Part shown: positions 51,396-62,920 of the stretch, one piece after another
Layout: each line of letters opens with the position of its first letter
How positions within the stretch are numbered: the first letter of the stretch is position 1
Assembly: GCF_046119375.1 (NCBI RefSeq)
Contig: NW_027362769.1
Coordinates: 369,148,001-369,212,000 of the forward strand
Origin: Phyllobates terribilis
Lineage: Eukaryota
Direction of reading: 5' to 3'
DNA: 64,000 nucleotides
Translations under genes and position numbers: made by a program
The notes under the pieces: generated by a model
What the model saw: only the letters and a program-made list of their open reading frames with translations
Told to the model about the DNA's origin: nothing
The model's database searches: none

Positions 51396-52278
51396 CGCAC
51401 TTCTGTGGGAAGAAAACAGATACTTTGCCTTTAATAAGTGCAGCATGCGTCAACTACAGTACTACAAGTCCCAGCATACCCCATCAGGTAGCACAATAAG
51501 AGCTGTAGTTCACAACTACCAATGTGTCCCCTCTTAAAGCAACAATACTGAAAACTGACAAATCCTATATTACTGCCAGCAAGCAGAGGTATTGAAACTA
51601 CAGCAAGTGCATTACATGGCTGCTGTCAGCATGGAGCTCGGTCACCCCTCCCCAGCACACACATACATCTTTATTATTATTGACTTGCCCTGCTGCCTCT
51701 ATTCACCTCTCGCCTCTGACCTCGCTCTTCCAACTACCGTTTCCTTTCCTTTACAGGAACCACGGGAGCCGAAAAGGCTCAATTTGTGTCCCTCCCGGCT
51801 ACCGTAGCTGTGGATGGGCGTGGTTATAACCAAGCCTCGCTACCAGCCACGCCGTAGGAAGACAGTTTTTTTTTTCTTCAATTCAAAGATAACTTTACTT
51901 ATAACGTACATTATGAAAGCAGACAAATAATATAAAGTTAGACCTCTTGATTGCGATCTGATCGATGTTCTATCTTTATACAACGATTAGGTTTCAGTAT
52001 TCAGTTCAGATTAAGGAGAATTTTCCCTATAACTTCTGAAAAATCTCAAAGTGAATATAAGTCCAGGTTGTGTCCTCGATTTATCCGATTGTTGAAAAAA
52101 TGTTGTTCTGACATTATATTATTCTATCAGTGTCTGGGAAAGCTGGGTGGTGGACAATACGGACACTCAGGGGCGGTCACCCAGCTTTCCCAGAGTCCTG
52201 CATGGCAATCTGGGATTTTGGAGCTGATTCTGCGCTGAAAAAAAAAAACATATTATAAAGAAAAGTTTAAAGTACGCT

Positions 52279-52723
52279 ATAAAGGGTGGTCCGGCCTTAG
52301 GGTACAAGTCTTCAGTCACTCTACGTTGCTAGCTGTCAGGATTCTCTGGCGCCAGGAGCGGCAGGTGCATGACCGCAAGGTATGTGATTTCATGCACACA
52401 GTCACGTGCCGACTAGACGTGTCCAACCTTGCTCTATGCAAGTGTATTGAGAGAGAATGGACACGTCTAGTCGGAATGTGACTGGAAGTATGTGATTTGC
52501 ATGCATGCGGTCACATGCTGACTAGATGTGTCCAACATTGCTCTGTATTGAGAGAGGATGGACACATCTAGTCGGAATGTGGCCAGAACTATGCAAATCA
52601 TATAATTGTGGTCACATGACCACCCGCTTCCAGCACCGGAGAATCCTCATAGCATATTCTCAATTCAGCAGTCACATGGATGGAGTGCAGACTTGAAGCC
52701 TAAGGTCGGACGACCCCCTTTAA
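52279..52723. mobile_element. T2/Kolobok-like MITE
   Basis: Imperfect TIR AAAGGGTGGTCCGGCCTTAGG / CCTAAGGTCGGACGACCCCCTTTAA; internal direct duplication. Confidence 0.7.
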
Positions 52724-54256
52724 CCTTTTCAGGACCGTGCAATTTTTCATTTTTGCAATTTCCTTTTTTGCTCCATTCCCACCTCCCCTCCAAGAGCCAT
52801 CATTTTTTTATTTTTCCGTCCACGAGGGCTTGTATTTTGCAGGACAAGATGTAGTTTTAAATGACATCATTAATTTTACCATTCGATATACTGGAAAACG
52901 GGAAACAAATGGCAAGTGGAAGAAACGGTGAAAAAAAATGTAATTCCACCATTGTTTTTTGGGGGTTTCCTTTTTTTATGCATTCAATGAACGGACCAAA
53001 GTAACCTGGTGACATGATTTGAATACACCAAACGTGGAATAGCTTTTTTTTATTATTATTATTATTATTTTAGAGGTAAAAAAAAATCAGAAGTTGTTTG
53101 GGGGAAGTGCAGTCACCGGAAAGAGGATAGAGCTTGTAAATACAAGCAATTTTGTAATTTACTGCTTATTCAAATTTTCAGCCGTTCTTGAGACATTAAC
53201 ACTTTTCTTCTGTGAACAACTCGTTTCCTTGGAGACCGACCGCCGCTGGAAGACAGAAGAACATGTACAGTGCTTACAACCTCTTTTTTATTGAGCTTGT
53301 AAGCACTGTTCTGAATCCGTCCAGAATCGTAGGAGTATGCTGTTGCCTCCTAGTCATGGCCAGCTTCAGCGCAGCGCTTACAAGCTAGACAGCAGCGGTG
53401 GTCGGTCTCCTAGGCAATGAGTTATAATCAATTGTTAATATCTGAAAAACTATTGCAAATTTTAACAAGCTTTACAGTTGTTTGGTAATAATGGAGATTT
53501 ACGGTGGATCAGATGATAACAAATCAATTCATCACTAATCGAATTTGTGACAAATGTTTACAAATTTGTTCAACATGGCGAATTTGAACAATATAAAGTT
53601 CGCCTGTGATGGTCACTTCATTTTTCCCAAGACTTTCAAAAGACTGCATCAGCCAGTGAAGGCTCACATGGCCTTGGGAACGCCAGGCCAGCTTCCTCAT
53701 AATGCATTGCAGTTATCACATCACATAGTTTTGCACAGCCAGTTAGCAGGGACTATCATAGCCTGTATAAAAGCCGAGGCAGGGAATGCAGGAGCTATAT
53801 TGTACTGAATCAGGAAAATGAGAGGACGTCACAGTTTGCATCACAGCTTAGCCAAAGAGATAGGGAAAGAAAAACATAAAGCACTGAATAAATATTACAG
53901 ACCGTGTGTGACAGCATGGCAGTGACAAAGATTAGTGTGTGAGGAAAAGAGAATAGTGTTATACACATTTTCCCAGGTAACTAAAGGCTTTGGAGCACTT
54001 TAGATTCATAGTGAACTGATTTTTCACAAATTGACCTTCTTGGGTGACTTCGGCAGAGCTGACAAATGTGAATTCTAAAAGATTCATTAGTCTATAGCAG
54101 ACCTGGGCAAAGTGCGGACAGTGGGCCACGTTCGGCCCTCTGGTTGTTCCTGTCCAACCCGTGGACCGAGACAGCTGAAGGGCCGAAAACAGTGGCCCAC
54201 AAGCCGCATCATGCCCTCGCCTGTCCGCCACCGCCGGCATCCCGATGTCACTATTA

Positions 54257-54659
54257 GGGTACGTTCACACTGCCATATAATACGGACGAGTGCTATGGAA
54301 TGTTTTATTGTATAGAACGCGGCCCAATGTTATACTATGGGTTAGTGCAGATCTCATGCCGAGTGGCTTTGATATTCGGAACAAGCTCACCTATACAAGT
54401 CTATGGGTGTGTGAAACTTCGGACTGCACTCGGATGTCATCTGAGTGCAGTCCGATGTACTCGCACAGAGTCAATGGAGAAGATGGAGAAATTAAGTTCT
54501 CCGTCTTCTCTGCACCTGTGCTGCGATTCTATCATGCGAAAGAATCGGATCACAGAAAGATGACACTCGGATCAGAGTCTGATAGAGTTTAATCCGAGTG
54601 TCAGCATAATTGGCCCGATTCTCTTGCAAAAGAGAACATACAATAGTGTGAGCGAACCC
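54257..54659. mobile_element. Harbinger-type MITE
   Basis: GGGTACGTTCACACT / AGTGTGAGCGAACCC ends, TTA TSD. Confidence 0.8.
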
Positions 54660-54894
54660 TTATTTGCATCCTCAGGATACAGGCAGCAGTAAGTATAATG
54701 GCGGAGAAGGGAACCGGCGGCTCCTTCCACCAATCTGCGTGTGCGACTGAGACAGCAGATGCAATGGTGTCACTACATCATGTCTGCTGTGCGGAGCCTC
54801 AGGGCATCGGAGACTGGAGGAGAGTGTTAGGGGAACGGGAACAAGGTGATTATGTTGTTTTTTTATATGTGTATGGGATACCTATAGTATATAT

Positions 54895-56220
54895 GTGAGA
54901 GCTCATACTCTATTTAGGGGGCTATGTGGGGACTCTTACTGTGTATAGAGGGGCTATGTGGGTGTTCACACTATATGTAGGGAGCTGTGTGGGAGCTCAT
55001 ACTGTATATAAGGGGTGCTGTTTATTGGAGCTCATACTGTATATAAGGGGGGCTGTGTGGGGGCTCATACTGTATATAAGGGGGGCTGTGTGGGGGCTCA
55101 TACTGTATATAAGGGGGTTGTGTGGGAGTTCATACTGTATTTAAGGGGGGCTGTGTGGGAGCTCATACTGTATGAAGGAAGATGTGTGGAGGCTCATGTT
55201 GTATATAAGGGGGCTGTGTAGGGGCTCATACTGTATATAAGGGTGGCTGTGTGGGGGCTCATACTGTGTATAAGGGTAGCTGTGTGGGAGCTCATATTGT
55301 ATATAAAGGGGCTGTGTGGGGGCTCATACTGTATATAAGGGGGGCTGTGTGGGGACTCATACTATATGTAGGGAGCTGTGTGGGGGCTCATACTGTATAT
55401 AAGGGGGCTGTGTGGGGGCTCATACTGTATATAAGGGGGACTGTGCTGTGTGGGGACTCATACTCTATATAAGGGGGGCTTTGTGGGGCTCATACTGTAT
55501 ATAAGGGGGCAGTGCTGTGTGGGGGCTCATACTGTATATAAAGGGAGCTATGTGGGGGCTCATACTGTATATAAGGGGGGCTCATACTGTATAAGGGGGG
55601 CTGTTTTGGGGCTCATACTTTGTATAAGGGGGCTGTGTGGGGGCTCATACTGTATGTAGGGAGCTATGTGGGAGCTCATACTGTATGTAGGGAGCTGTGT
55701 GGGGGCTCATATTGTATATAAGGGGGGCTGTGTGGGAGCTCATACTGTATATGAGGGGAGTTGTGTGGGAGCTCATACTGTATGTAGGTGGCTGCGTGGG
55801 GGATCATACTGCAAATAAGGGGGCTGTGTGGGGGCTCAAACTGTATATAAGGGGGGCTGTGCTGTGTGGGGGCGCATACTGTATATAAGGGGGGCTGTGT
55901 GGGGCTTATACTGTATATAAGGGGGCTGTGCTGTGTGGGGGCGCATACTGTATATAAGGGGGGCTGTGTGGGGCTTATACTGTATATAAGGGGACTGTGC
56001 TGTGTGGGGGCTCATACTGTATATAAGGGAAGCTGTGTGGGGGCTCATACTGTATATAAGGGAGGCTGTGTGGGGGCTCATATTGTATATAAGTGGGGCT
56101 GTGCTGTGCGGGGGCTCATACTGTATATAAAAGGGGCTATGTGGGAGCTCATACTGTGTTTAAGGGGGCTGTGTGGGGCCTCATACTGTATGTAGGGAGC
56201 TGTGTGGGAGCTCATACTGT
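54895..56220. repeat. ~30-bp minisatellite (GGGGGCTGTGTGGGGGCTCATACTGTATATAA), split by the L2 and resuming at 61284-61585
   Basis: Same unit on both sides of the LINE. Confidence 0.92.
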
Positions 56221-56408
56221 GCAGATCTGTGCAGATCTAAGCAGATACGTCCCTATATATTGAGACTTAGTTAAGGGGAGGCATTTATGCGGGGGCATTT
56301 ATGCATATAGCATTTATGCATACTTTATCGAAGTGCCATAATTTAGCAAAGTGCCCTGGCAGTTAGAAAATGGCATTGCTAATATTCATCTTTCTTCTCT
56401 TCTTACAG

Positions 56409-57348
56409 GTATATATTTTTCACTGCTTGTGTGATCTGTCCTGAAAACTGCATTATATCTCCATGCAATGCTCTGCAGCCTATCAATTTCTGGTATATAT
56501 TTTTCACTGCTTGTGTGATCTGTCCTGAAAACTGCATTATATCTCCATGCAATGCTCTGCAGCCTATCAATTTCTGGTATATATTTTTCACTGCTTGTGT
56601 GATCTGTCCTGAAAACTGCATTATATCTCCATGCAATGCTCTGCAGCCTATCAATTTCTGGTATATATTTTTCACTGCTTGTGTGATCTGTCCTGAAAAC
56701 TGCATTATATCTCCATGCAATGCTCTGCAGCCTATCAATTTCTGGTATATATTTTTCACTGCTTGTGTGATCTGTCCTGAAAACTGCATTATATCTCCAT
56801 GCAATGCTCTGCAGCCTATCAATTTCTGGTATATATTTTTCACTGCTTGTGTGATCTGTCCTGAAAACTGCATTATATCTCCATGCAATGCTCTGCAGCC
56901 TATCAATTTCTGGTATATATTTTTCACTGCTTGTGTGATCTGTCCTGAAAACTGCATTATATCTCCATGCAATGCTCTGCAGCCTATCAATTTCTGGTAT
57001 ATATTTTTCACTGCTTGTGTGATCTGTCCTGAAAACTGCATTATATCTCCATGCAATGCTCTGCAGCCTATCAATTTCTGGTATATATTTTTCACTGCTT
57101 GTGTGATCTGTCCTGAAAACTGCATTATATCTCCATGCAATGCTCTGCAGCCTATCAATTTCTGGTATATATTTTTCACTGCTTGTGTGATCTGTCCTGA
57201 AAACTGCATTATATCTCCATGCAATGCTCTGCAGCCTATCAATTTCTGGTATATATTTTTCACTGCTTGTGTGATCTGTCCTGAAAACTGCATTATATCT
57301 CCATGCAATGCTCTGCAGCCTATCAATTTCTGGTATATATTTTTCACT
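56409..57348. repeat. 84-bp tandem repeat, 11 full copies plus a partial one, appearing identical
   Basis: GTATATATTTTTCACT recurs every 84 bp from 56409 to 57333. Confidence 0.97.
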
Positions 57349-57658
57349 CCTCTAGCTTTTTTATTCCATGATACTTAAAGGTCATCACACTTACTTTAAG
57401 AGTTTATGATCCATGCCGAGTTTACTAGTCTGTTTTTTTTTTTTTTTTTTTTTCCCTGCACTTTATGGTCTCCTGTTGTCTTTTAAGCTAGTGATTGATT
57501 GTTAATGAGTTAAATCTGTGCAGATCTAAGCAGATACGTCCCTATATATTGAGACTTAGTTAAGGGGCAGCATTTATGCGGGGGCATTTATGCATATAGC
57601 ATTTATGCATACTTTATCGAAATGCCATAATTTAGCAAAGTGCCCTGGCAGTTAGAAA

Positions 57659-60600
57659 ATGGCAGTTGGACAGGGCAGGAGACAGGTAAGACATGCAAGA
57701 CAATTAAACAAACTTGCTTCCAGGTCATCTTTTTGGCAAACAGTATTCACCATTTGTATCTGTGCCATTTATACTCTGGTTGCTACAATCATCCACATTC
57801 ACCGTTCTCCCACAAATGCGGCACACTTCATCCATATTAATCCCTCACTCCTCTCTTCTCCTATGTACAGTTGTCATGCTCTCTTCACAATGTTATACCA
57901 CGCAGATCCATTCATTCCCACCATACAACGCAGGAAACGCTCTCACAAATCACTCAATCATCTGCTCACTCTCTGTATCTTCCTTCTATTAGTCGCAGGT
58001 GATATTTCTCCCAACCCAGGACCCTCCAGTAATAATAACACTAACTCTTTCCCTGTTACATTCAGAAACCCTGCTAATCTCATTAATATTCCCTGCATAT
58101 CTTCTGTCTCATTCAACTGTGCCCTTTGGAATGCACGCTCAGCTTGTAATAAACTCTCTTACATCCATGACTTTTTCCTCTCTAATTCCCTCAACCTTCT
58201 GGCTCTCACTGAAACCTGGATCCAGCAGTCGGACACCACCGCCGCTGCAGCTCTCTCCTATGGTGGCCTACATTTCTCTCATACCCCGCGACCTGACAAC
58301 AGATCAGGTGGAGGTGTTGGTCTGCTTCTTTCAACAAAATGTACTTTTCAGGTTATCCCCCCTGTACCCTCCCTTATCTTCCCGTCCTTTGAGGCCCACA
58401 CAGTCAGACTCTACCGGCCCTTCTCCCTGCGAGTGGCGGTTGTCTATCGCCCCCCAGGTCCCCCCCGTCAATTCCTGGATCACTTTGCTGCCTGGCTTAC
58501 AAATTTTCTATCCTGCGACATCCCCACGATAATCATGGGAGACTTTAACATCCCAATTGGCGATCCTCTTTCCCCATCTGCCACGCATCTTTTATCATTA
58601 ACCTCCTCCTTCGGCCTTTCACAGCTTGCTAATTCTCCTACACATGAGGACGGGAACACATTGGACCTGATCTTCTCCCGGCTTTGCTCAGTACATGACT
58701 TTACTAACTCTCCCCTTCCACTCTCTGACCATAATCTTCTTTCATTCTCTGTCAAGAACTGTGACTTTACTCAAGACACTCCCACCGTCCACACTTATAG
58801 AAATTTACGCGCCATTAACACCCAGAAATTTATAAAAAGGTTGCAATCATCATTGGCCCCAATCTCCTCACTCTCATGTCCCGAATCTGCATTGAAGCAT
58901 TATAACAAAATAATGCTATGCGCCCTGGATGAAGCCGCACCTCCTACACAAAGAACAATTCGGCATAGACGGCGACAACCCTGGCACACGCCTCAAACAC
59001 GTCTTCTCCAGAGGTACTCCAGGTGCGCTGAACGGCTGTGGAGAAAATCAAATCTGCCCGAAGATTTCCTCCACTATAAATTTATGCTGAAAACATATAA
59101 CTCTGCCCTTCACCTCTCCAAACAAACCTACTTTAACAACCTCATCATCTCACTTTCCAATAATCCTAAACGACTCTTTGACACGTTTCATTCTCTCCTC
59201 AATCAAACAGCACAGGCCCCGACCACCGACCTCAGCGCTGACGATCTGGCTAACTATTTCAAAGAAAAAATTGACCATATCCGACAGGAAATTTTCTCCC
59301 AATCCCCAAATGTTATGCATGCTCCCCCCCGCCACATTGTATCTTGCTCATTTTCTGACTTCGAACCAGTCACGGAAGATGAAGTGATCAGGCTCCTTGC
59401 ATCTTCTCGCCCTACCACCTGCACCAGCGACCCTATTCCCTCACATCTCCTTCAGTCCCTTGCTCCAGCTGTCACCTCTCACCTAACTAAAATTTTCAAC
59501 CTTTCCCTCTCATCTGGTATCTTTCCCTCTTCTTTTAAACACGCCAGCATACAACCATTACTTAAAAAACCATCCCTCGACCAGAACTGCAAGGCCAACT
59601 ACAGACCTGTTTCCAATCTTCCCTTTATCTCTAAACTCCTGGAACGCCTGGTCCACTCCCGTCTAATCCGCTATCTCTCAGACAACTCTCTTCTTGACCC
59701 TTTACAATCTGGTTTCCGCTCTTTACATTCTACTGAAACTGCCCTCACTAAAGTCTCTAATGATCTACTAACAGCTAAATCTAATGGTCACTACTCCCTG
59801 CTGATTCTCCTGGATCTCTCTGCAGCATTTGACACTGTGGATCACCAGCTCCTCCTCACTATGCTCCGCACTATTGGCCTCAAGGACACGGTTCTCTCCT
59901 GGTTCTCCTCTTATCTCTCTGACCGCTCCTTCTCTGTGTCTTTTGCCGGCTCCTCCTCCTCCCTACTTCCTCTTACTGTCGGGGTTCCTCAAGGATCAGT
60001 CCTAGGCCCCCTTCTTTTCTCCTTATACACCGCTCCTATTGGACAAACAATCAGTAGATTCGGTTTTCAGTACCATCTCTATGCTGATGACACCCAATTA
60101 TACACCGCTGCTCCGGACATCACCCCTGCATTACTACAAAAGACCAGTGATTGTCTTTCTGCTGTGTCTAACACTATGTCCTCCCTCTACCTAAAACTGA
60201 ATCTGTCAAAAACTGAACTACTCGTCTTTCCTCCCTCCATTAATCTACCTGTGCCCGATATTGCCATCTCCGTTTGTGGCTCAACCATTACTCCCCAGCT
60301 ACAAGCCCGCTGTCTTGGGGTCATTTTTGATTCAGATCTTTCTTTCACTCCTCACATCAAATCACTCGCTCGTTCATGTCATCTACACCTCAAAAACATC
60401 TCAAGAATCAGGACTTTTCTCACCTTTGACTCGGCAAAAACTCTTACTGTCGCTCTTATTCATTCTCGTCTTGACTATTGCAACGCTCTACTAATCGGTC
60501 TCCCTCTTACTAAACTCTCCCCTCTCCAATCCGTCCTGAACGCAGCAGCCAGGATCATATTCCTCGCCAACCGCTACTCAGATGCCTCTTCCCTGTGCCA

Positions 60601-60997
60601 GTCATTGCATTGGTTGCCCATCCAATATAGAGTTCGTTTTAAACTTATCACGCTTACCCACAAAGCGCTCCATGCTTCAGTACCCCCCTACATCTCCTCC
60701 CTTGTCTCAGTCTACCACCCTACACGTGCCCTCCGTTCTGCAAATGACTTGAAACTAAAATCCTCCATAATCCGAACTTCCCACTCCCGTCTCCAAGATT
60801 TCTCGCGTGCTGCGCCAATTCTCTGGAATGCATTACCCAGGACAGTTCGATTAATTCCCAATACCCACAGTTTCAAGCGAACCCTAAAAACACATTTCTT
60901 TAGACTGGCGTATCACCTAAACACACTCTGTCCATCCCAGCTTTCCCCCATATTAAAATCTTCTTCAACTTCGGGTTCAAACCAACCATGCACATAA
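57659..60997 (+). CDS. L2 ORF2: 2A-like peptide + APE endonuclease + reverse transcriptase (1112 aa)
   Basis: LALTETW, YRPPG, GDFN, LDL, SDH (APE); [14 protein letters not shown] (RT); LHWLP C-terminal motif. Confidence 0.96.
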   Translation: MAVGQGRRQVRHARQLNKLASRSSFWQTVFTICICAIYTLVATIIHIHRSPTNAAHFIHINPSLLSSPMYSCHALFTMLYHADPFIPTIQRRKRSHKSLNHLLTLCIFLLLVAGDISPNPGPSSNNNTNSFPVTFRNPANLINIPCISSVSFNCALWNARSACNKLSYIHDFFLSNSLNLLALTETWIQQSDTTAAAALSYGGLHFSHTPRPDNRSGGGVGLLLSTKCTFQVIPPVPSLIFPSFEAHTVRLYRPFSLRVAVVYRPPGPPRQFLDHFAAWLTNFLSCDIPTIIMGDFNIPIGDPLSPSATHLLSLTSSFGLSQLANSPTHEDGNTLDLIFSRLCSVHDFTNSPLPLSDHNLLSFSVKNCDFTQDTPTVHTYRNLRAINTQKFIKRLQSSLAPISSLSCPESALKHYNKIMLCALDEAAPPTQRTIRHRRRQPWHTPQTRLLQRYSRCAERLWRKSNLPEDFLHYKFMLKTYNSALHLSKQTYFNNLIISLSNNPKRLFDTFHSLLNQTAQAPTTDLSADDLANYFKEKIDHIRQEIFSQSPNVMHAPPRHIVSCSFSDFEPVTEDEVIRLLASSRPTTCTSDPIPSHLLQSLAPAVTSHLTKIFNLSLSSGIFPSSFKHASIQPLLKKPSLDQNCKANYRPVSNLPFISKLLERLVHSRLIRYLSDNSLLDPLQSGFRSLHSTETALTKVSNDLLTAKSNGHYSLLILLDLSAAFDTVDHQLLLTMLRTIGLKDTVLSWFSSYLSDRSFSVSFAGSSSSLLPLTVGVPQGSVLGPLLFSLYTAPIGQTISRFGFQYHLYADDTQLYTAAPDITPALLQKTSDCLSAVSNTMSSLYLKLNLSKTELLVFPPSINLPVPDIAISVCGSTITPQLQARCLGVIFDSDLSFTPHIKSLARSCHLHLKNISRIRTFLTFDSAKTLTVALIHSRLDYCNALLIGLPLTKLSPLQSVLNAAARIIFLANRYSDASSLCQSLHWLPIQYRVRFKLITLTHKALHASVPPYISSLVSVYHPTRALRSANDLKLKSSIIRTSHSRLQDFSRAAPILWNALPRTVRLIPNTHSFKRTLKTHFFRLAYHLNTLCPSQLSPILKSSSTSGSNQPCT

Positions 60998-61821
60998 AAG
61001 CCTCTGTCAGGACTGCACACATACTGGCTGGCGACCAGTCCATGTATTATTATTTATCCTATTCAGTATATCAAGGCTGCATTATACAATATATGTACTT
61101 TTTACCTTTTGTGTCTCCCCCACTTCCTCATAGACTGTAAGCTCGCGAGCAGGGCCCTCACTCCGTTTGATATGAGATATGCTTATTCTGTATTGTCTGT
61201 ATAAGTCCCCCCTAAAATTTGTAAAGTGCTGCGGAATATGTTGGCGCTATAAAAATAAACTATTATTATTATTATTATTATTATGTAGGGAGCTGTGTGG
61301 GGGCTCATATTGTATATAAGGGGCTGTGTGGGTGCTCATACTGTATATGAGGGGAGTTGTGTGGGAGCTCATACTGCATGTAGGGAGCTGTGTGGGGGCT
61401 CATACTGTATATAAGGGGGGCTGTGTGGGGGTTCATACTGTATATAAGGGGAGCTGTGCTTTGTGGGGACTCATACTGTATATACGGGGGGCTTTGTGGG
61501 GCTCATACTGTATATAAGGGGGCTGTGCTGTGTGGGAGCTCATTCTGTATATAGGGGGCTGTGTGGGGTCTAATACTGTATAGGGGGTGTCACCAAACTT
61601 AATTCTGCTTATAATTAAGTGATACAAAGACTATTAATCTAAAATATTAATTATGATTAATATGTTACTATTAATATTGAGCAGAATTAATTTCAGCCTA
61701 TTGGTTTGGCCTCCACAATATTCATGGTTTCTCATGTGACCCCTTGGGAAAATTAATTGCCCAGCCCTGATCTATAGTGATAAATATTTTGTACAATATA
61801 CATCATTTGGCAACAAAAAGG

Positions 61822-62063
61822 TGTAGCGCCGGCGTCTCTGCATTCTGCCTCTGTTCCCCGGCAGAGACGCCAACCCCCTTACAGCCGCGGTCCCGGTCCT
61901 GTGCGTTCCGCTCCTCCTTCCGGTTTCCAAGCTGAGCCTGCCCGGGGTGCGCGACCGTGTGCAGATCCCCGGGCTCTGTGCTTAGGGCGAGCGCGCTCCC
62001 TGTCCCTTAAAGGGGCCGCACGAGCGCCGTCCTAAGATATCCCCAGCCAATGGCCAGAGAGCA
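61822..62063 (+). mobile_element. Probable 5' fragment of an LTR, cut by the CR1
   Basis: Starts TGT, CpG-rich, 11-bp hairpin, CTTAAAGGG and CCAAT motifs. Family assignment is an inference. Confidence 0.4.
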
Positions 62064-62093
62064 TCTACTACTGCACCTGACGAAACAGAGGAA

Positions 62094-62798
62094 TTGAAGC
62101 ATGTGACACAGAGAAGCAGGAGGATCGAGAGGCAGTCAGCACCCATACTGCTCAGGAACCAGTACCAGGCTCTCATGCAGGAGAACGATGAAGAAATACA
62201 GCAAAATAAGACTTTGCCAGCAATGAATAACCTTGTAAGCCCTCAGAATCCTCCTGGATGGAGAAAGAAGAATGTTGTGAAGAAAAAACGGAGAGTGGTG
62301 GTCATGGGGGATTCCCTGTTAAGAGGAACAGAGGCCGCTATCTGCAGACCAGACATAACCTCAAGAGAAATGTGCTGTCTTCCAGGAGCAAAAATTAAAG
62401 ATGTGTCTGACAGGATATCAAGACTCTTCAGACCTACAGATCACTACCCATTCCTGCTAATACATGTGGGGACAAATGACACCGCAAGAAAGGACCTGGA
62501 AACCATCTGCAGTGACTTTGAAGACTTAGGCAAGAAAGTGAAAGAATTGGGAGCGCAGGTGGTCTTCTCATCCATCCTCCCAGTGGATGGCCATGGAACA
62601 ATGAGGTGGAATAAGATTCTACAGGTGAACAACTGGCTACGTCGATGGTGCCGTCAACAAGGATTTGGATTTCTGGATCACGGAATGAATTACCTATACG
62701 ATGGACTACTTGCTAGAGATGGGGTGCACCTTACGAAGACTGGAAAACATGTATTTGGAAGTCGCCTTGCTACACTCATCAGAAGAGCTTTAAACTAG
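62094..62798 (+). CDS. CR1 LINE ORF1 (SGNH esterase-like), 5'-truncated
   Basis: LRNQYQAL, VVVMGDSLLRG, HVGTND, DGVHL and RALN* motifs; no upstream ATG in frame. Confidence 0.92.
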   Translation: MKHVTQRSRRIERQSAPILLRNQYQALMQENDEEIQQNKTLPAMNNLVSPQNPPGWRKKNVVKKKRRVVVMGDSLLRGTEAAICRPDITSREMCCLPGAKIKDVSDRISRLFRPTDHYPFLLIHVGTNDTARKDLETICSDFEDLGKKVKELGAQVVFSSILPVDGHGTMRWNKILQVNNWLRRWCRQQGFGFLDHGMNYLYDGLLARDGVHLTKTGKHVFGSRLATLIRRALN

Positions 62799-62920
62799 AA
62801 CAATGTGGGAAGGGAAGCAAAAGGCCAGAAAAAGCCATACAGCTGACAAATACTATTGAGATCTCTGCTACTGGAAGTGGAAAGGAAGAACAAAGACAAA
62901 ACAATTTAAATAATAAAAAT

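Larger units (their letters stand above)
56221..61283 (+). mobile_element. L2-clade LINE, apparently intact, with a complex 5' region and (TTA)n tail
   Basis: Uninterrupted APE-RT ORF, L2-type 3' end and microsatellite tail; both ends abut the host minisatellite. Confidence 0.9.

Noticed and set aside
56403-57378. Cys-rich 28-aa repeat protein, or a CRISPR-like array
   Set aside because: Identical 84-bp units with no variable spacers, no cas genes, a vertebrate context and no ATG in frame.
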